Made by a program: the position numbers and the translations under genes. This document shows, in pieces, positions 1-8,729 of a stretch of DNA of 35,518 nt. The stretch is from Pseudomonadota bacterium (GTDB lineage: Bacteria > Pseudomonadota > Alphaproteobacteria > Rhizobiales > Rhizobiaceae). Below the pieces are notes generated by a model, which was not told the origin of the DNA, searched no databases, and saw only the letters and a list, made by a program, of their open reading frames with translations. Position 1 is the first letter of the stretch, and the number at the start of each line of letters is the position of its first letter. The stretch spans positions 1 through 35,518 of the forward strand of contig JBCCRB010000001.1 of assembly GCA_039208465.1 (NCBI GenBank), in the 5' to 3' direction.

Positions 1-377
1 ACCGCCGTTGATGCACCGGCTGTCCGCAAGCCGACCGCCAGGGGAAAAATCATCATCGGGCCGCCGGGCACGAGCGCGCCGGCCAGACTGGCCACGAACA
101 GGCCACGCGCGCCGCTTTCGCGGCCGAGCCAACGGGTCAGGGTTTCGCGCGGCACGAGGATCGGCACCGACGCAGCGATGAAGAAGCCGCACAAGATCTT
201 CGGGCTCAGCACTGCGAGGAAAAGCGTGTAGTCGAACGCGATCTCGACAACGCGCAACGGCCCGCGCGTCCACGCAACGGCCAGCGCTGCCGTCAGTGTG
301 ATGCCGATAAGGATCAGGAACGGAACATCGATCAGCTTTGTCCGGCCAAGGGGCGATTTATCCGTGGTCTCACTCAT
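1..377 (-). CDS. Membrane permease-like protein, 5' part only (gene continues past the left edge)
   Basis: Absent from the ORF track because it is open at the window edge. My reverse-complement translation from ATG (377-375) reads MSETTDKSPLGRTKLIDVPFLILIGITLTAALAVAW...LFVASLAGALVPGGPMMIFPLAVGLRTAGASTA with no stop down to position 1. It has several helix-length hydrophobic stretches and is divergent from the next gene. Confidence 0.5.
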   Translation of the reverse strand, partial: MSETTDKSPLGRTKLIDVPFLILIGITLTAALAVAWTRGPLRVVEIAFDYTLFLAVLSPKILCGFFIAASVPILVPRETLTRWLGRESGARGLFVASLAGALVPGGPMMIFPLAVGLRTAGASTA

Positions 378-550
378 CGGTGCGCTTCAAATCCTGAATG
401 CCCATCTGTTTTTTCAATCTGGTCGCTGATTGATCCGCCGGTACGATGTTCCTAGACTTGGCGCGACAGGCCCTGGCCGGCAGACAGATGCGGTTGCGGT
501 GGGCATGCCTTAGCGTAGCCAACCTAAATCGCCAACAGACAAGGCGCTTC

Positions 551-2098
551 ATGGCGACGATTGCTATCATTGGTTTTGCTTTGGAGAGCAATCGGTTTGC
601 GCCACCGACCCGGCGCGAAGATTTTGGCGCAAAGTCCTGGCTGGTCGGCGCCGACATTCTGGCGGATGAAGAAAAGCCCGCGCCAATCCAATGCGCCGAA
701 ATCCCGGCTTTCATGGACGAGATCAAACGGCACCTTACCGCAGACTTCGTGCCGATCCTCGTTGCGGGCGCAGAGCCGGGCGGGCCGCTTGATGACGCGG
801 TGCTGGATGAAGTGATTGCCATCGTGCGCGATGGGCTGGCGGCGCATGGCCCGGTCGACGGTGTTTATCTGGCCAGCCACGGCGCCATGGTCGGGGTGAG
901 CGAAACGGACCCCGATGGCGCGCTAATGGCGGCGATCCGCGCGACGGTCGGCCCCGACATTCCGGTCGTCGCGACGCTCGATCTTCATGCCAATCTGTCG
1001 CCGGCGATGGTCAACAATACCGATTGCCTGATCGGCTACCGGACCAACCCGCATGTGGACCAGGCTCATGTTGCGCGCGAAGCGGCAATCATCCTTGCAC
1101 GCATGATCAAAGGGGAGCGGTTCCATATGGCGGCGGTGCATTTGCCGCTGTCGCCGCCGACGGTCACGCTTTTCACCAATAGTGCCGGGCCTTACGCCGA
1201 TTGCGTGGCGCAGGCGGCTGCCCTCACAGACCCATGGGGCAACATCGCCAACGTCACCATGTTAGGCGGCTTTGTCTATAGTGATACGCTCGATAGCCAT
1301 GTGTCGGTGATCGTCACCGCAACCAGCAAAACAGACGCGGAACGGGAAGCGGCACTTTTGGCGGGAAAAATGTGGGCAGGCCGCAAGCGCCTTAAGCGCA
1401 GCCTGACGCCGGTGAGCGAAGCGGTTGATTTAGCCACGGCGGAAGATGGATCGCGCTGGATCCTGTCTGACAGTGGCGACAATCCCGGTGGCGGTGGCCG
1501 TGGCACGACGACCGAACTGTTGGCAGCGTTGGTCGCGGCGCAAGCGCAGAACGTGCTTTACGGCCTCTATATCGATGCGATCCTCGCGCAAGAGGCGCAC
1601 GCTGTTGGGCTGAACGGAACGATAGAAGCTCAGTTTCTGCGCGATGGACCGGATGCGTTCGGGGCGCCCTTAAGCGTCGAGGCGCAAGTGGTTGCCTTGA
1701 GCGATGGCAAGGTGACCGGCCGGCGCGGCCTGGTGGCGGGACGGGCGATCGATCTGGGGCCGACGGCCGCGCTGCGTATCGGCGGCATCATCGTGGTGGT
1801 CGCCAGCAACCGTAAGCAATGCGCCGATCCGGCCTATTTTGAACATCTGGGTCTCGATCCGGGCGCCTGTCGAACGCTTGTGGTGAAAAGCCGTGGGCAC
1901 TTTCGCGCCGGGTTTGATGAGTTCTTCACCCCCAACCAGATCATCGAAGTCGATACCAAGGGGCTGACCAGTCCGGTGCTTGCAAACTTTCAGTTTCGCG
2001 GCCTTGCGCGCCCGACCTTTCCGCTTGATCCCGAAACAGTCTGGACCCCGCCGGCCTGGGTGGCCGAGCATCTGACATCAAGGGTGCCTGTCCGATGA
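551..2098 (+). CDS. M81-family metallopeptidase, MlrC-like (paralog 1)
   Basis: The N-terminus MATIAIIGFALESNRF plus SHGAMV and LDLHANL landmarks match the MlrC-type architecture and recur in the next ORF. I prefer ATG 551 over the track start at 446, because the 35 upstream residues are Arg-rich and unlike the family N-terminus. Confidence 0.85.
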   Translation: MATIAIIGFALESNRFAPPTRREDFGAKSWLVGADILADEEKPAPIQCAEIPAFMDEIKRHLTADFVPILVAGAEPGGPLDDAVLDEVIAIVRDGLAAHGPVDGVYLASHGAMVGVSETDPDGALMAAIRATVGPDIPVVATLDLHANLSPAMVNNTDCLIGYRTNPHVDQAHVAREAAIILARMIKGERFHMAAVHLPLSPPTVTLFTNSAGPYADCVAQAAALTDPWGNIANVTMLGGFVYSDTLDSHVSVIVTATSKTDAEREAALLAGKMWAGRKRLKRSLTPVSEAVDLATAEDGSRWILSDSGDNPGGGGRGTTTELLAALVAAQAQNVLYGLYIDAILAQEAHAVGLNGTIEAQFLRDGPDAFGAPLSVEAQVVALSDGKVTGRRGLVAGRAIDLGPTAALRIGGIIVVVASNRKQCADPAYFEHLGLDPGACRTLVVKSRGHFRAGFDEFFTPNQIIEVDTKGLTSPVLANFQFRGLARPTFPLDPETVWTPPAWVAEHLTSRVPVR

Positions 2099-3561
2099 GC
2101 GCTCGCATCGCGATCGCCGGACTGCATATGGAGTGCGCGACTTTTCTGCCGCACGTCACCACCCGTGATGTTTTCGAAACCGGCACGGTGCGCGGACCGG
2201 CATTGCTAGAAACCTATCGCGGTTCCAACACCGTACCCGGCGGTTTCATCGCCGTTCTGGAAGAGACAGGCGCTGCCATCGCGCCGCTTATCTATGTGGA
2301 CGGGCGCGCGGCCGGCCTTGCCGATCATGGCGCGGTGGCCGGCTATCGCGCAGAGTTGGTCGACGGCCTGAAGGCGCTTGAGGGGCAGATCGACGGGGTG
2401 CTCCTGCATTTGCATGGCGCCATGGTCACGCAGGAAGATTTAGACCCGGATGCTGAAACGTTGCACGCGGTGCGCGCAGCGGCTGGGCCTGACATGCCGA
2501 TCATGCTGGCGCTGGATTATCACGCCAATCTTGATCAACAGTCGATTGATGGCGCAACGGCTGTGTTTGGCTATCGCTATTCTCCGCATATCGACATGGG
2601 CGCAACAGGCGAGCGCGCGGCGACCTGCCTGTTGAAGACGCTCTCGGGCGACATTCGGCCCCAAGTTGCGATCGCGCGGCCTGGCCTGCTGGTGCCGTCG
2701 ATCTTTTCGGCGACCGACCTTCAGCCTCTTAAGCAACTGGTCGCCAGGACCGAGGCGTATTCCGAAGGCAACGACATTTATCGCGATGTGTCGTTGTTTG
2801 CCGGCTTTGCCTATGCGGACGTGCCCAATTGCGGAGCATCGGTGGTCGCTGTCGTGGATGGGTCATCGCAGGATGCGCAGCGGCTTGCCGATGATTTGTC
2901 AGCCGATATCGACGCGCACCGCGCCGCGTTATCGGCGCCGCTTCGGGTTTATCAGTTGGAAGCGGGCATTGAGCGCGCGTTCGCGCTCGCCAAAACCGCT
3001 ACCCGGCCAATTGTTATCCTGGAGCACGCCGACAGGGCCAATGACAGCACGTATGGGCTGCGGGCCTTGCTGGAAAAAGCCGGCGAAGCCCGGATCGCCG
3101 TGCCGTTTCTCTGGGACCCTGACAGCGCTGCCAAGGCATTGGTGGCGGGACCCGGCGCTCAGGTCACCATGACGCTTGGCGGGCACTCGGCGCCGCACGC
3201 CGGTGGGCCGATTTCCGTCACCGCGACAGTGGAACAGGTGCGACCAGACTTTACCTATCGGGGCACCGGTACGATGCGCGCAGGCAGCGAAGTGCGCCTC
3301 GGCGACACGGCATTGCTCGACGTTGCTGGGATCAAGATCAGCGTGACCAGCCTGACGCAAAGCGCCATCGATTTTGACCCGTTTTACCAATTCGGGCTCG
3401 ATCCAGCTGATTTCGATGTGGTGCTGTTACGGTCGAAAACGCATTTCCGTGCGGCGTGGGAACCCTTTGCGGCAGAGATTATTGTTGTGGATACGCCCGA
3501 CTACGGGCCGGCTGATTTATCGGCGCTCGAGTACAAGCATGCGCCTTATCCCGTTTTGTAA
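2095..3561 (+). CDS. M81-family metallopeptidase, MlrC-like (paralog 2)
   Basis: MSARIAIAGLHMECATF, HLHGAMV and LDYHANL are the same landmarks as paralog 1. The ATGA start/stop overlap with paralog 1 (2095-2098) implies translational coupling. Confidence 0.85.
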   Translation: MSARIAIAGLHMECATFLPHVTTRDVFETGTVRGPALLETYRGSNTVPGGFIAVLEETGAAIAPLIYVDGRAAGLADHGAVAGYRAELVDGLKALEGQIDGVLLHLHGAMVTQEDLDPDAETLHAVRAAAGPDMPIMLALDYHANLDQQSIDGATAVFGYRYSPHIDMGATGERAATCLLKTLSGDIRPQVAIARPGLLVPSIFSATDLQPLKQLVARTEAYSEGNDIYRDVSLFAGFAYADVPNCGASVVAVVDGSSQDAQRLADDLSADIDAHRAALSAPLRVYQLEAGIERAFALAKTATRPIVILEHADRANDSTYGLRALLEKAGEARIAVPFLWDPDSAAKALVAGPGAQVTMTLGGHSAPHAGGPISVTATVEQVRPDFTYRGTGTMRAGSEVRLGDTALLDVAGIKISVTSLTQSAIDFDPFYQFGLDPADFDVVLLRSKTHFRAAWEPFAAEIIVVDTPDYGPADLSALEYKHAPYPVL

Positions 3562-3570
3562 TGGCTGGTT

Positions 3571-4740
3571 TTACCGGCAGGCGTGATCGATCAAGTCGGC
3601 GATGAAGGTTTCGCAGGCAGCCAGTTCGTCACGCGTAATAAACTCATCGGCTTTATGCGCCCGGGCAATGTCGCCGGGACCACAGACGATTGTCGCAATG
3701 CCGCCTCGCTCAGAAAACAGGCCGCCTTCGGTGCCGTAAGCTACTTTGGCGTGATCATTGCGCCCGGCCAGTCGTTTCGCGAGACCGACAACATCGGCAT
3801 CCGGGCTGGTGTCGAGGCCCGGAAATCCGCCGATTGGTTCGATGCGAAAATCGGCGTCCGCGCTGATCGCCTTCATGCGCGGCAGCAGTTTCTCGGCGGC
3901 GAAACGCGCCATATGGGCGACCTTACCGTCAATATCGTCGACCGGCAGGGCGCGGAACTCGAAATCGAAAACGCATTCCTGCGGCACGATGTTGAGCTGC
4001 TCGCCGCCCCTGATGACACCGACATGGGCGGTCGTGAAAGGCACATCGAAAAGGTCGTCCTTCGGTCCTTCATCTTCGGCTTGCTGTCCGACCCGGCGCA
4101 GTTCGATCAGGAATTGTGCTGCATAATCGATGGCGTTTACCGCTGACGGTGCGCGCGATGAATGGGCCGAGGTGCCGGTGACAATCCCGCGCATCGACCG
4201 TTTGGCCTTGTGGCTGATGACCACTTGCATGCTCGTCGGCTCACCGACGAAACAGCCGAGCGGCTTTGCATCCCATGTGGTCAGATGGTCGATCATGGAG
4301 CGCACGCCAACGCAGCCCACCTCTTCATCATAGGAGAACGCCAGGTGGAGCGGGACCGCGAGCTCAGCCGATGCCATTTGCGGCGCCATGGCCAGGCAGC
4401 ACGCCAGAAAGCCCTTCATGTCGGTTGTGCCGCGCCCAAACAGCTTGCCATCTCGCTCGGTCAATTCAAACGGGTCTGATGTCCAGGCCTGCCCGTCGAC
4501 GGGCACGACATCGGTATGGCCCGACAGGATGTAGCCTGGCCTGTCAGCCGGTCCGAAGCTGGCAAGCAGATTGGCTTTTTGCCCGGTTTCATCGTGGATA
4601 ATTTCAAGGCGCGCGCCGAGGCTTTCAAGGAAGCTCTTTAGATAATCGACGGCGACAAGGTTTGAATTTCTGCTGACCGTGTCAAAGCCAACCAGCGCGC
4701 TCAAATGCTCGACGCTTGTCGGGTGATGGTCCTTTGTCAC
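3571..4740 (-). CDS. argE: ArgE-type M20 deacylase (acetylornithine deacetylase family)
   Basis: LVGFDTVSRNSN...LSGHTDVVPV...W.SDPFEL.E.DGKLFGRGTTDMKGF is the classical ArgE/DapE M20 signature. GTG start with AAGGA upstream. The catabolic context means the true substrate may not be acetylornithine. Confidence 0.75.
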   Translation of the reverse strand: MTKDHHPTSVEHLSALVGFDTVSRNSNLVAVDYLKSFLESLGARLEIIHDETGQKANLLASFGPADRPGYILSGHTDVVPVDGQAWTSDPFELTERDGKLFGRGTTDMKGFLACCLAMAPQMASAELAVPLHLAFSYDEEVGCVGVRSMIDHLTTWDAKPLGCFVGEPTSMQVVISHKAKRSMRGIVTGTSAHSSRAPSAVNAIDYAAQFLIELRRVGQQAEDEGPKDDLFDVPFTTAHVGVIRGGEQLNIVPQECVFDFEFRALPVDDIDGKVAHMARFAAEKLLPRMKAISADADFRIEPIGGFPGLDTSPDADVVGLAKRLAGRNDHAKVAYGTEGGLFSERGGIATIVCGPGDIARAHKADEFITRDELAACETFIADLIDHACR

Positions 4741-4825
4741 TTCCGTTTCCTTGAGCTTTTAATGTCCGGATACACAGTGTCGATATAGCGCTGGCGCTAC
4801 GAAATGCACGGGGCAATGTACATTC

Positions 4826-4872
4826 TTCAAATTCATTTTTAGTCTGCTCATTATGAGCAGAAAGAATTTGAA
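4826..4872. promoter_or_regulatory. Nested inverted repeat spanning the LysR start codon (candidate operator or 5' mRNA hairpin)
   Basis: Outer arms are TTCAAATTC (4826-4834) and GAATTTGAA (4864-4872). The inner perfect palindrome is TCTGCTCAT-T-ATGAGCAGA (4843-4861). The ATG of the LysR gene (4853-4855) lies in the inner right arm. The repeat sits in the divergent argE-like/LysR intergenic region. Confidence 0.5.
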
Positions 4873-5842
4873 TGCCGTTGATCTGAATTTGTTCAAAGTG
4901 CTGCATGCGCTGCATGAAGAGCGCAGCGTGACCAAGGCCGCCAAATCGCTTGGCCTGTCGCAACCGGCGGTCAGCCATGCGCTCAATCGGCTGCGGGCGC
5001 TTTTAGGCGATGAGCTCTTTATCCGCACGCCAAGCGAGATGCGGCCGACGGCGCGCTGCGAATTCATCGTGCAGCGTGTCTCCTACGGCATCGGGACACT
5101 GGTGGATGCGCTTCAGGAGCCAGCCGATTTTGAACCGTCCGGCGTGTCGGCGGTTATCAAACTCATCATGAGTGACCTTCTGACGGGGCTGGTTCCGTCC
5201 CTGTTAATGCCGACCGTAATCAAGCAGGCGCCCAATATCGAGTTCAGGATTTTGCCGACCTGGGGTCTCGTGCGGGAGATTACGCAATTGACCATTCAGG
5301 ACGATCTGGAGTCCGGCGCTGCGGACCTGGCGGTCGCATGGGATTACGAAGTGCCCAAACGGTTTTCCTCAGCCAAGCTCTGTGATTTCGACTATGTCGT
5401 TGCGGTTTCGCCGACCAACAAAACTGTCGGCGCCGCGCTGACCGAGGACACTTTCCAAACCGCGCCGCATATCAGCACGACCACATATCACAGTGGGCTG
5501 ACACGGTTGGATCGCGATTTCGAAGCCGCCGGTTATGAGCGTAATGTCCGGCTGAGGCTGCCTCATTATTCAGCATCGCTGCATGTTGCGGCTGCAACGG
5601 ATATGATTACGACCATTCCGCGGCTGCTCGCGCCCGTCGCGCGCGACATGTATGGCCTGCGGATTTTGGAGCTGCCGGTCCCCTCGCCGACCCGGTCGAT
5701 TGCGCAAATCTGGCACAAGACCAATGAGAACAACGCGCTGCATAAATGGGCGCGGGAGCTGACAGCAGACTGTTTTAAAGGCCTTCAGTTAACCGCAGCG
5801 GTGCCGCAAGAGACTATCCGGCCTCGGATTTCTTCCCCATAA
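4853..5842 (+). CDS. LysR-family transcriptional regulator
   Basis: The N-terminal wHTH LNLFKVLHALHEERSVTKAAKSLGLSQPAVSHALNRLR is typical of LTTRs, as is the length of about 330 aa. It is divergent from a hydrolase gene and lies upstream of the ABC operon. Confidence 0.9.
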   Translation: MSRKNLNAVDLNLFKVLHALHEERSVTKAAKSLGLSQPAVSHALNRLRALLGDELFIRTPSEMRPTARCEFIVQRVSYGIGTLVDALQEPADFEPSGVSAVIKLIMSDLLTGLVPSLLMPTVIKQAPNIEFRILPTWGLVREITQLTIQDDLESGAADLAVAWDYEVPKRFSSAKLCDFDYVVAVSPTNKTVGAALTEDTFQTAPHISTTTYHSGLTRLDRDFEAAGYERNVRLRLPHYSASLHVAAATDMITTIPRLLAPVARDMYGLRILELPVPSPTRSIAQIWHKTNENNALHKWARELTADCFKGLQLTAAVPQETIRPRISSP

Positions 5843-5855
5843 ATTGAATGAATAA

Positions 5856-5990
5856 ACAAAATGCCATTTATGCATTTCGTGAATTTATTGCTGTCTCCTA
5901 GGCTTTTGTTCGGAGGGAAAGTCCCGACACAAAATGGCAGCACCGACGGCGCGTTTTTGCGCTTTGTGGATTTGCTGTTGTCGCCTAACC
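5856..5990 (+). repeat. Two imperfect direct repeat units in the ABC-operon promoter region
   Basis: Both units open with ACAAAATG(C/G)C (5856 and 5929). They contain GTGAATTTATTGCTGTCTCCTAGGC (5879-5903) and GTGGATTTGCTGTTGTCGCCTAACC (5966-5990), which match at 18/25 positions and lie 87 nt apart. Confidence 0.5.
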
Positions 5991-6066
5991 TCCCTTTTTG
6001 GGCTGTCGGTAATGCACATTCTTTTGGCCGGCTGTCCACCATGAGTGAGAACAGGGAGAATGCACT

Positions 6067-7638
6067 ATGTGGAAATCGGTGTCAGTTACCGCGGTGGCCA
6101 TGGGCCTCGCACTGGCTGGGCCTGCCCAAGCCGAGGAAATCGTGATTGCGGTTGCATCGGAAGTCACGGCGATGGACCCGCATTATCACAATACAGGCAA
6201 CAACAACCAGATTGTCGGCATGGTCTATGATCGCATGTTGCATCAGGACAGCAACCAGCAGCTTGGGCCGGGCCTGGCTGTGGAGTGGGGCCCTATTGCC
6301 GATGATGTCTGGGAGTTCAAACTACGCGAGGGTGTTACCTTCCACGATGGATCGGCGTTCACCGCAGAAGATGTCGTGTTCAGCTATGAGCGCGTCCCGA
6401 ACGTGCCCAACAGCCCGTCCTCCTTTGCGACCTATACGGCCGGCATCGCGGAAATCACCGTTGTCGATGATTTCACGCTGCAGTTCCGGACCAATGGTCC
6501 TTACCCGCTGTTGCCCATCGATCTGTCGACAATCCAAATCGTCAGCTCAGAGATGGCAGATGCGACAACCGAGGATTACAATGCGGGCGCGGCCAGCGTC
6601 GGCACGGGCCCTTATAAATTCGTCAGCTATACGCCGGGCGAAAGCATCGTCCTGGAAGCCAACCCGGACTATTGGGGCGGCGCGCCTGATTTCGACAAGG
6701 TCACCTATCGCCCGATCAGCTCGGATGCGGCACGGGTTGCCGCACTGCTTGCCGGTGATGTGGATTTGATCGCTGGTGTGCCGACATCTGACATCGCCAC
6801 GCTGGAGGAAAATGACGATATCGTCCTCAGCCAGGGTGTCTCGAACCGGGTGATTTACCTGCATGTCGACAGCCGCCGTGTCTACTCGCCCTTCGTGACC
6901 AACAATGACGGCAACCAGATCTTTAACCCGCTTCAGGATGTCAATGTGCGCCGCGCGCTCTCCATGGCGATTGACCGCGATACGATTGTTGAAGAGGTGA
7001 TGGAAGGTATCGCCATTCCTGCCGGCCAAGTGTTGCCGGAAGGTTTCTTTGGTGTTTCCGACACGATCGAGGTGCCGGAATATGATCCGGAAGGTGCCCG
7101 TGCGCTGCTGGCTGAAGCGGGCTATCCGGACGGTTTCCGCCTGACCATCCATGGTCCGAACGACCGCTACATCAATGATGAGCAGATCGCCCAGGCGATC
7201 GCGCAAATGCTGACCCGCGTTGGGATCCAGACAGAAGTCGAGACCATGCCGCGTTCGGTTTATTTCGGCCGGGCAACCGGTGATGAGAACGGGTCGGAAT
7301 TCTCTCTCATGCTTGTCGGCTGGGGTTCGGGCACCGGTGAAGCATCCTCACCGCTTCGCGCGCTGCTTCACACGCGTAATGATGAGACCGGGTTGGGACG
7401 CACCAACCGGGGCCGCTTCTCCAACCAGGCCTTCGATGCCACGCTGCAATTGGCTTTGAACACGGTTGATGATGAGCTGCGGGCCGAACTGCTGGCGCGC
7501 GCGACCGAGATCGGCATGCGCGAAGTTGGCCTGATCCCGACCCACTTTCAGGTCAACACTTGGGGGAGCCGTAAGGGCCTGCGCTACACACCACGCACGG
7601 ACGAATATACCCGTCCGACCAATGTGGTGATCGAGTAA
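6067..7638 (+). CDS. ABC transporter substrate-binding protein, family 5 (peptide/nickel, DppA/OppA-like)
   Basis: Signal peptide MWKSVSVTAVAMGLALAGPAQA, length of about 520 aa, family-5 SBP-like sequence (e.g. LREGVTFHDGSAFTAEDVVFSYER), and AGGGAGA as the RBS. It is the first gene of a five-gene importer. Confidence 0.9.
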   Translation: MWKSVSVTAVAMGLALAGPAQAEEIVIAVASEVTAMDPHYHNTGNNNQIVGMVYDRMLHQDSNQQLGPGLAVEWGPIADDVWEFKLREGVTFHDGSAFTAEDVVFSYERVPNVPNSPSSFATYTAGIAEITVVDDFTLQFRTNGPYPLLPIDLSTIQIVSSEMADATTEDYNAGAASVGTGPYKFVSYTPGESIVLEANPDYWGGAPDFDKVTYRPISSDAARVAALLAGDVDLIAGVPTSDIATLEENDDIVLSQGVSNRVIYLHVDSRRVYSPFVTNNDGNQIFNPLQDVNVRRALSMAIDRDTIVEEVMEGIAIPAGQVLPEGFFGVSDTIEVPEYDPEGARALLAEAGYPDGFRLTIHGPNDRYINDEQIAQAIAQMLTRVGIQTEVETMPRSVYFGRATGDENGSEFSLMLVGWGSGTGEASSPLRALLHTRNDETGLGRTNRGRFSNQAFDATLQLALNTVDDELRAELLARATEIGMREVGLIPTHFQVNTWGSRKGLRYTPRTDEYTRPTNVVIE

Positions 7639-7650
7639 AAACAAAGCTGG

Positions 7651-7681
7651 TTGGCGGGCGCGTGTTGAACGTTCCCGCCAA
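7651..7681 (+). terminator. Intercistronic hairpin after the SBP gene (partial terminator or mRNA stabiliser)
   Basis: TTGGCGGG (7651-7658) pairs with CCCGCCAA (7674-7681) around a 15-nt loop and is followed by TCGCATTTT. This is a common position for attenuating hairpins in ABC operons. The loop is large, so confidence is modest. Confidence 0.4.
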
Positions 7682-7751
7682 TCGCATTTTGCCGTTCGAA
7701 GCGCCTTCCTAGAACCGCATCAGGGTCAGATAAAAGGATGTGGAGCCAGCC

Positions 7752-8729
7752 ATGACTGTATTCATCATCAGGCGAATCCTACAGAGTTTGCTGGTCGTCG
7801 CGGTCATGACCGTGCTGGTTTTTGCCGGGGTTTATGCGATCGGCAATCCGGTTGAGATCCTCATCAGCCAGGATGCGACAGAGGCGGAACGGGCCGCTGC
7901 GATTGCACGCCTTGGCCTCGATAAGAGCCTACCGGAACAATATCTGACTTTTCTGAGCAATCTGCTGCAGGGCGATCTCGGCCGAAGCTTTGTGTTCGGC
8001 GAACCGGCGCTGCAGTTGGTCCTTGAGCGTTTTCCCGCCACGATGGAACTGGCGATCTGCGCCATGCTGATCTCCATCCTGATCGGCGTGCCGCTGGGCC
8101 TTTACGCAGGCCTGAAGCCGGACAGCATTGCCGGCCGGTCCATCATGACTGGGTCGATCATGGGCTTTTCGCTGCCCAATTTCTGGCAGGGGCTAATGCT
8201 GATCATGGTCTTTGCGGTGATCCTGCAATGGTTGCCCGCCGGCGGGCGGGGCGAACGCGGCGAGTTTCTCGGGATCGAGAGCAGCTTTTTCTCCTGGGAC
8301 GGACTGAGCCATCTCATCCTGCCGGCGATCAATCTGGCCCTGTTCAAGACGAGCCTAGTGATCCGGCTGACCCGCGCCTCGGTGCGCGAGACGATCAATC
8401 TGGATTATGTGAAATTTGCCCGCGCCAAGGGGCTGCATCCGCGCCGGGTGATCGGGCTGCACGTGTTGAAAAACATCATGATCCCGTTGGTGACGATCAT
8501 TGGACTTGAGTTTGGCTCGGTCATCGCATTTGCCGTAGTCACGGAAACGGTCTTTGCATGGCCCGGCATGGGCAAGCTGATCATTGACAGCATCTTCCAA
8601 CTCGACCGTCCGGTTATCGTTGCCTATCTGATCGTGATTGTCTTCCTGTTCATCACGATCAATCTGATCGTCGACATTCTCTACGCAGTGCTGGATCCGC
8701 GTGTCCGCCTGTCGGACCAAAAAGCATGA
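7752..8729 (+). CDS. ABC transporter permease (DppB/OppB-like)
   Basis: The MTVFIIRRILQSLLVV N-terminus and multi-TM profile are typical of DppB-type permeases. ATG 7752 with GGAG 6 nt upstream is preferred over the GTG at 7740. Confidence 0.9.
   Translation: MTVFIIRRILQSLLVVAVMTVLVFAGVYAIGNPVEILISQDATEAERAAAIARLGLDKSLPEQYLTFLSNLLQGDLGRSFVFGEPALQLVLERFPATMELAICAMLISILIGVPLGLYAGLKPDSIAGRSIMTGSIMGFSLPNFWQGLMLIMVFAVILQWLPAGGRGERGEFLGIESSFFSWDGLSHLILPAINLALFKTSLVIRLTRASVRETINLDYVKFARAKGLHPRRVIGLHVLKNIMIPLVTIIGLEFGSVIAFAVVTETVFAWPGMGKLIIDSIFQLDRPVIVAYLIVIVFLFITINLIVDILYAVLDPRVRLSDQKA

Noticed and set aside
446-550. N-terminal extensions offered by the ORF track (also 9766-10026, 30445-30594, 20344-20400, 34501-34647, 27983-28030)
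   Set aside because: The extensions overlap upstream genes or consist of Arg-rich, non-family sequence. Internal ATG starts give canonical N-termini, signal peptides or a lipobox, or coupled ATGA overlaps.
5861-6145. 94-aa ORF in the LysR/SBP intergenic region with an internal peptide repeat
   Set aside because: The repeated peptide simply reflects the DNA direct repeat in a promoter region. The ORF overlaps the SBP start and RBS and has no RBS of its own.
6547-7206. 219-aa minus-strand ORF, plus several other 60-200-aa ORFs inside 446-15301 and 20545-26317
   Set aside because: All are nested antisense or out of frame within genes that have strong family signatures. Their low-complexity Arg/Ala/Pro composition marks them as frame shadows.
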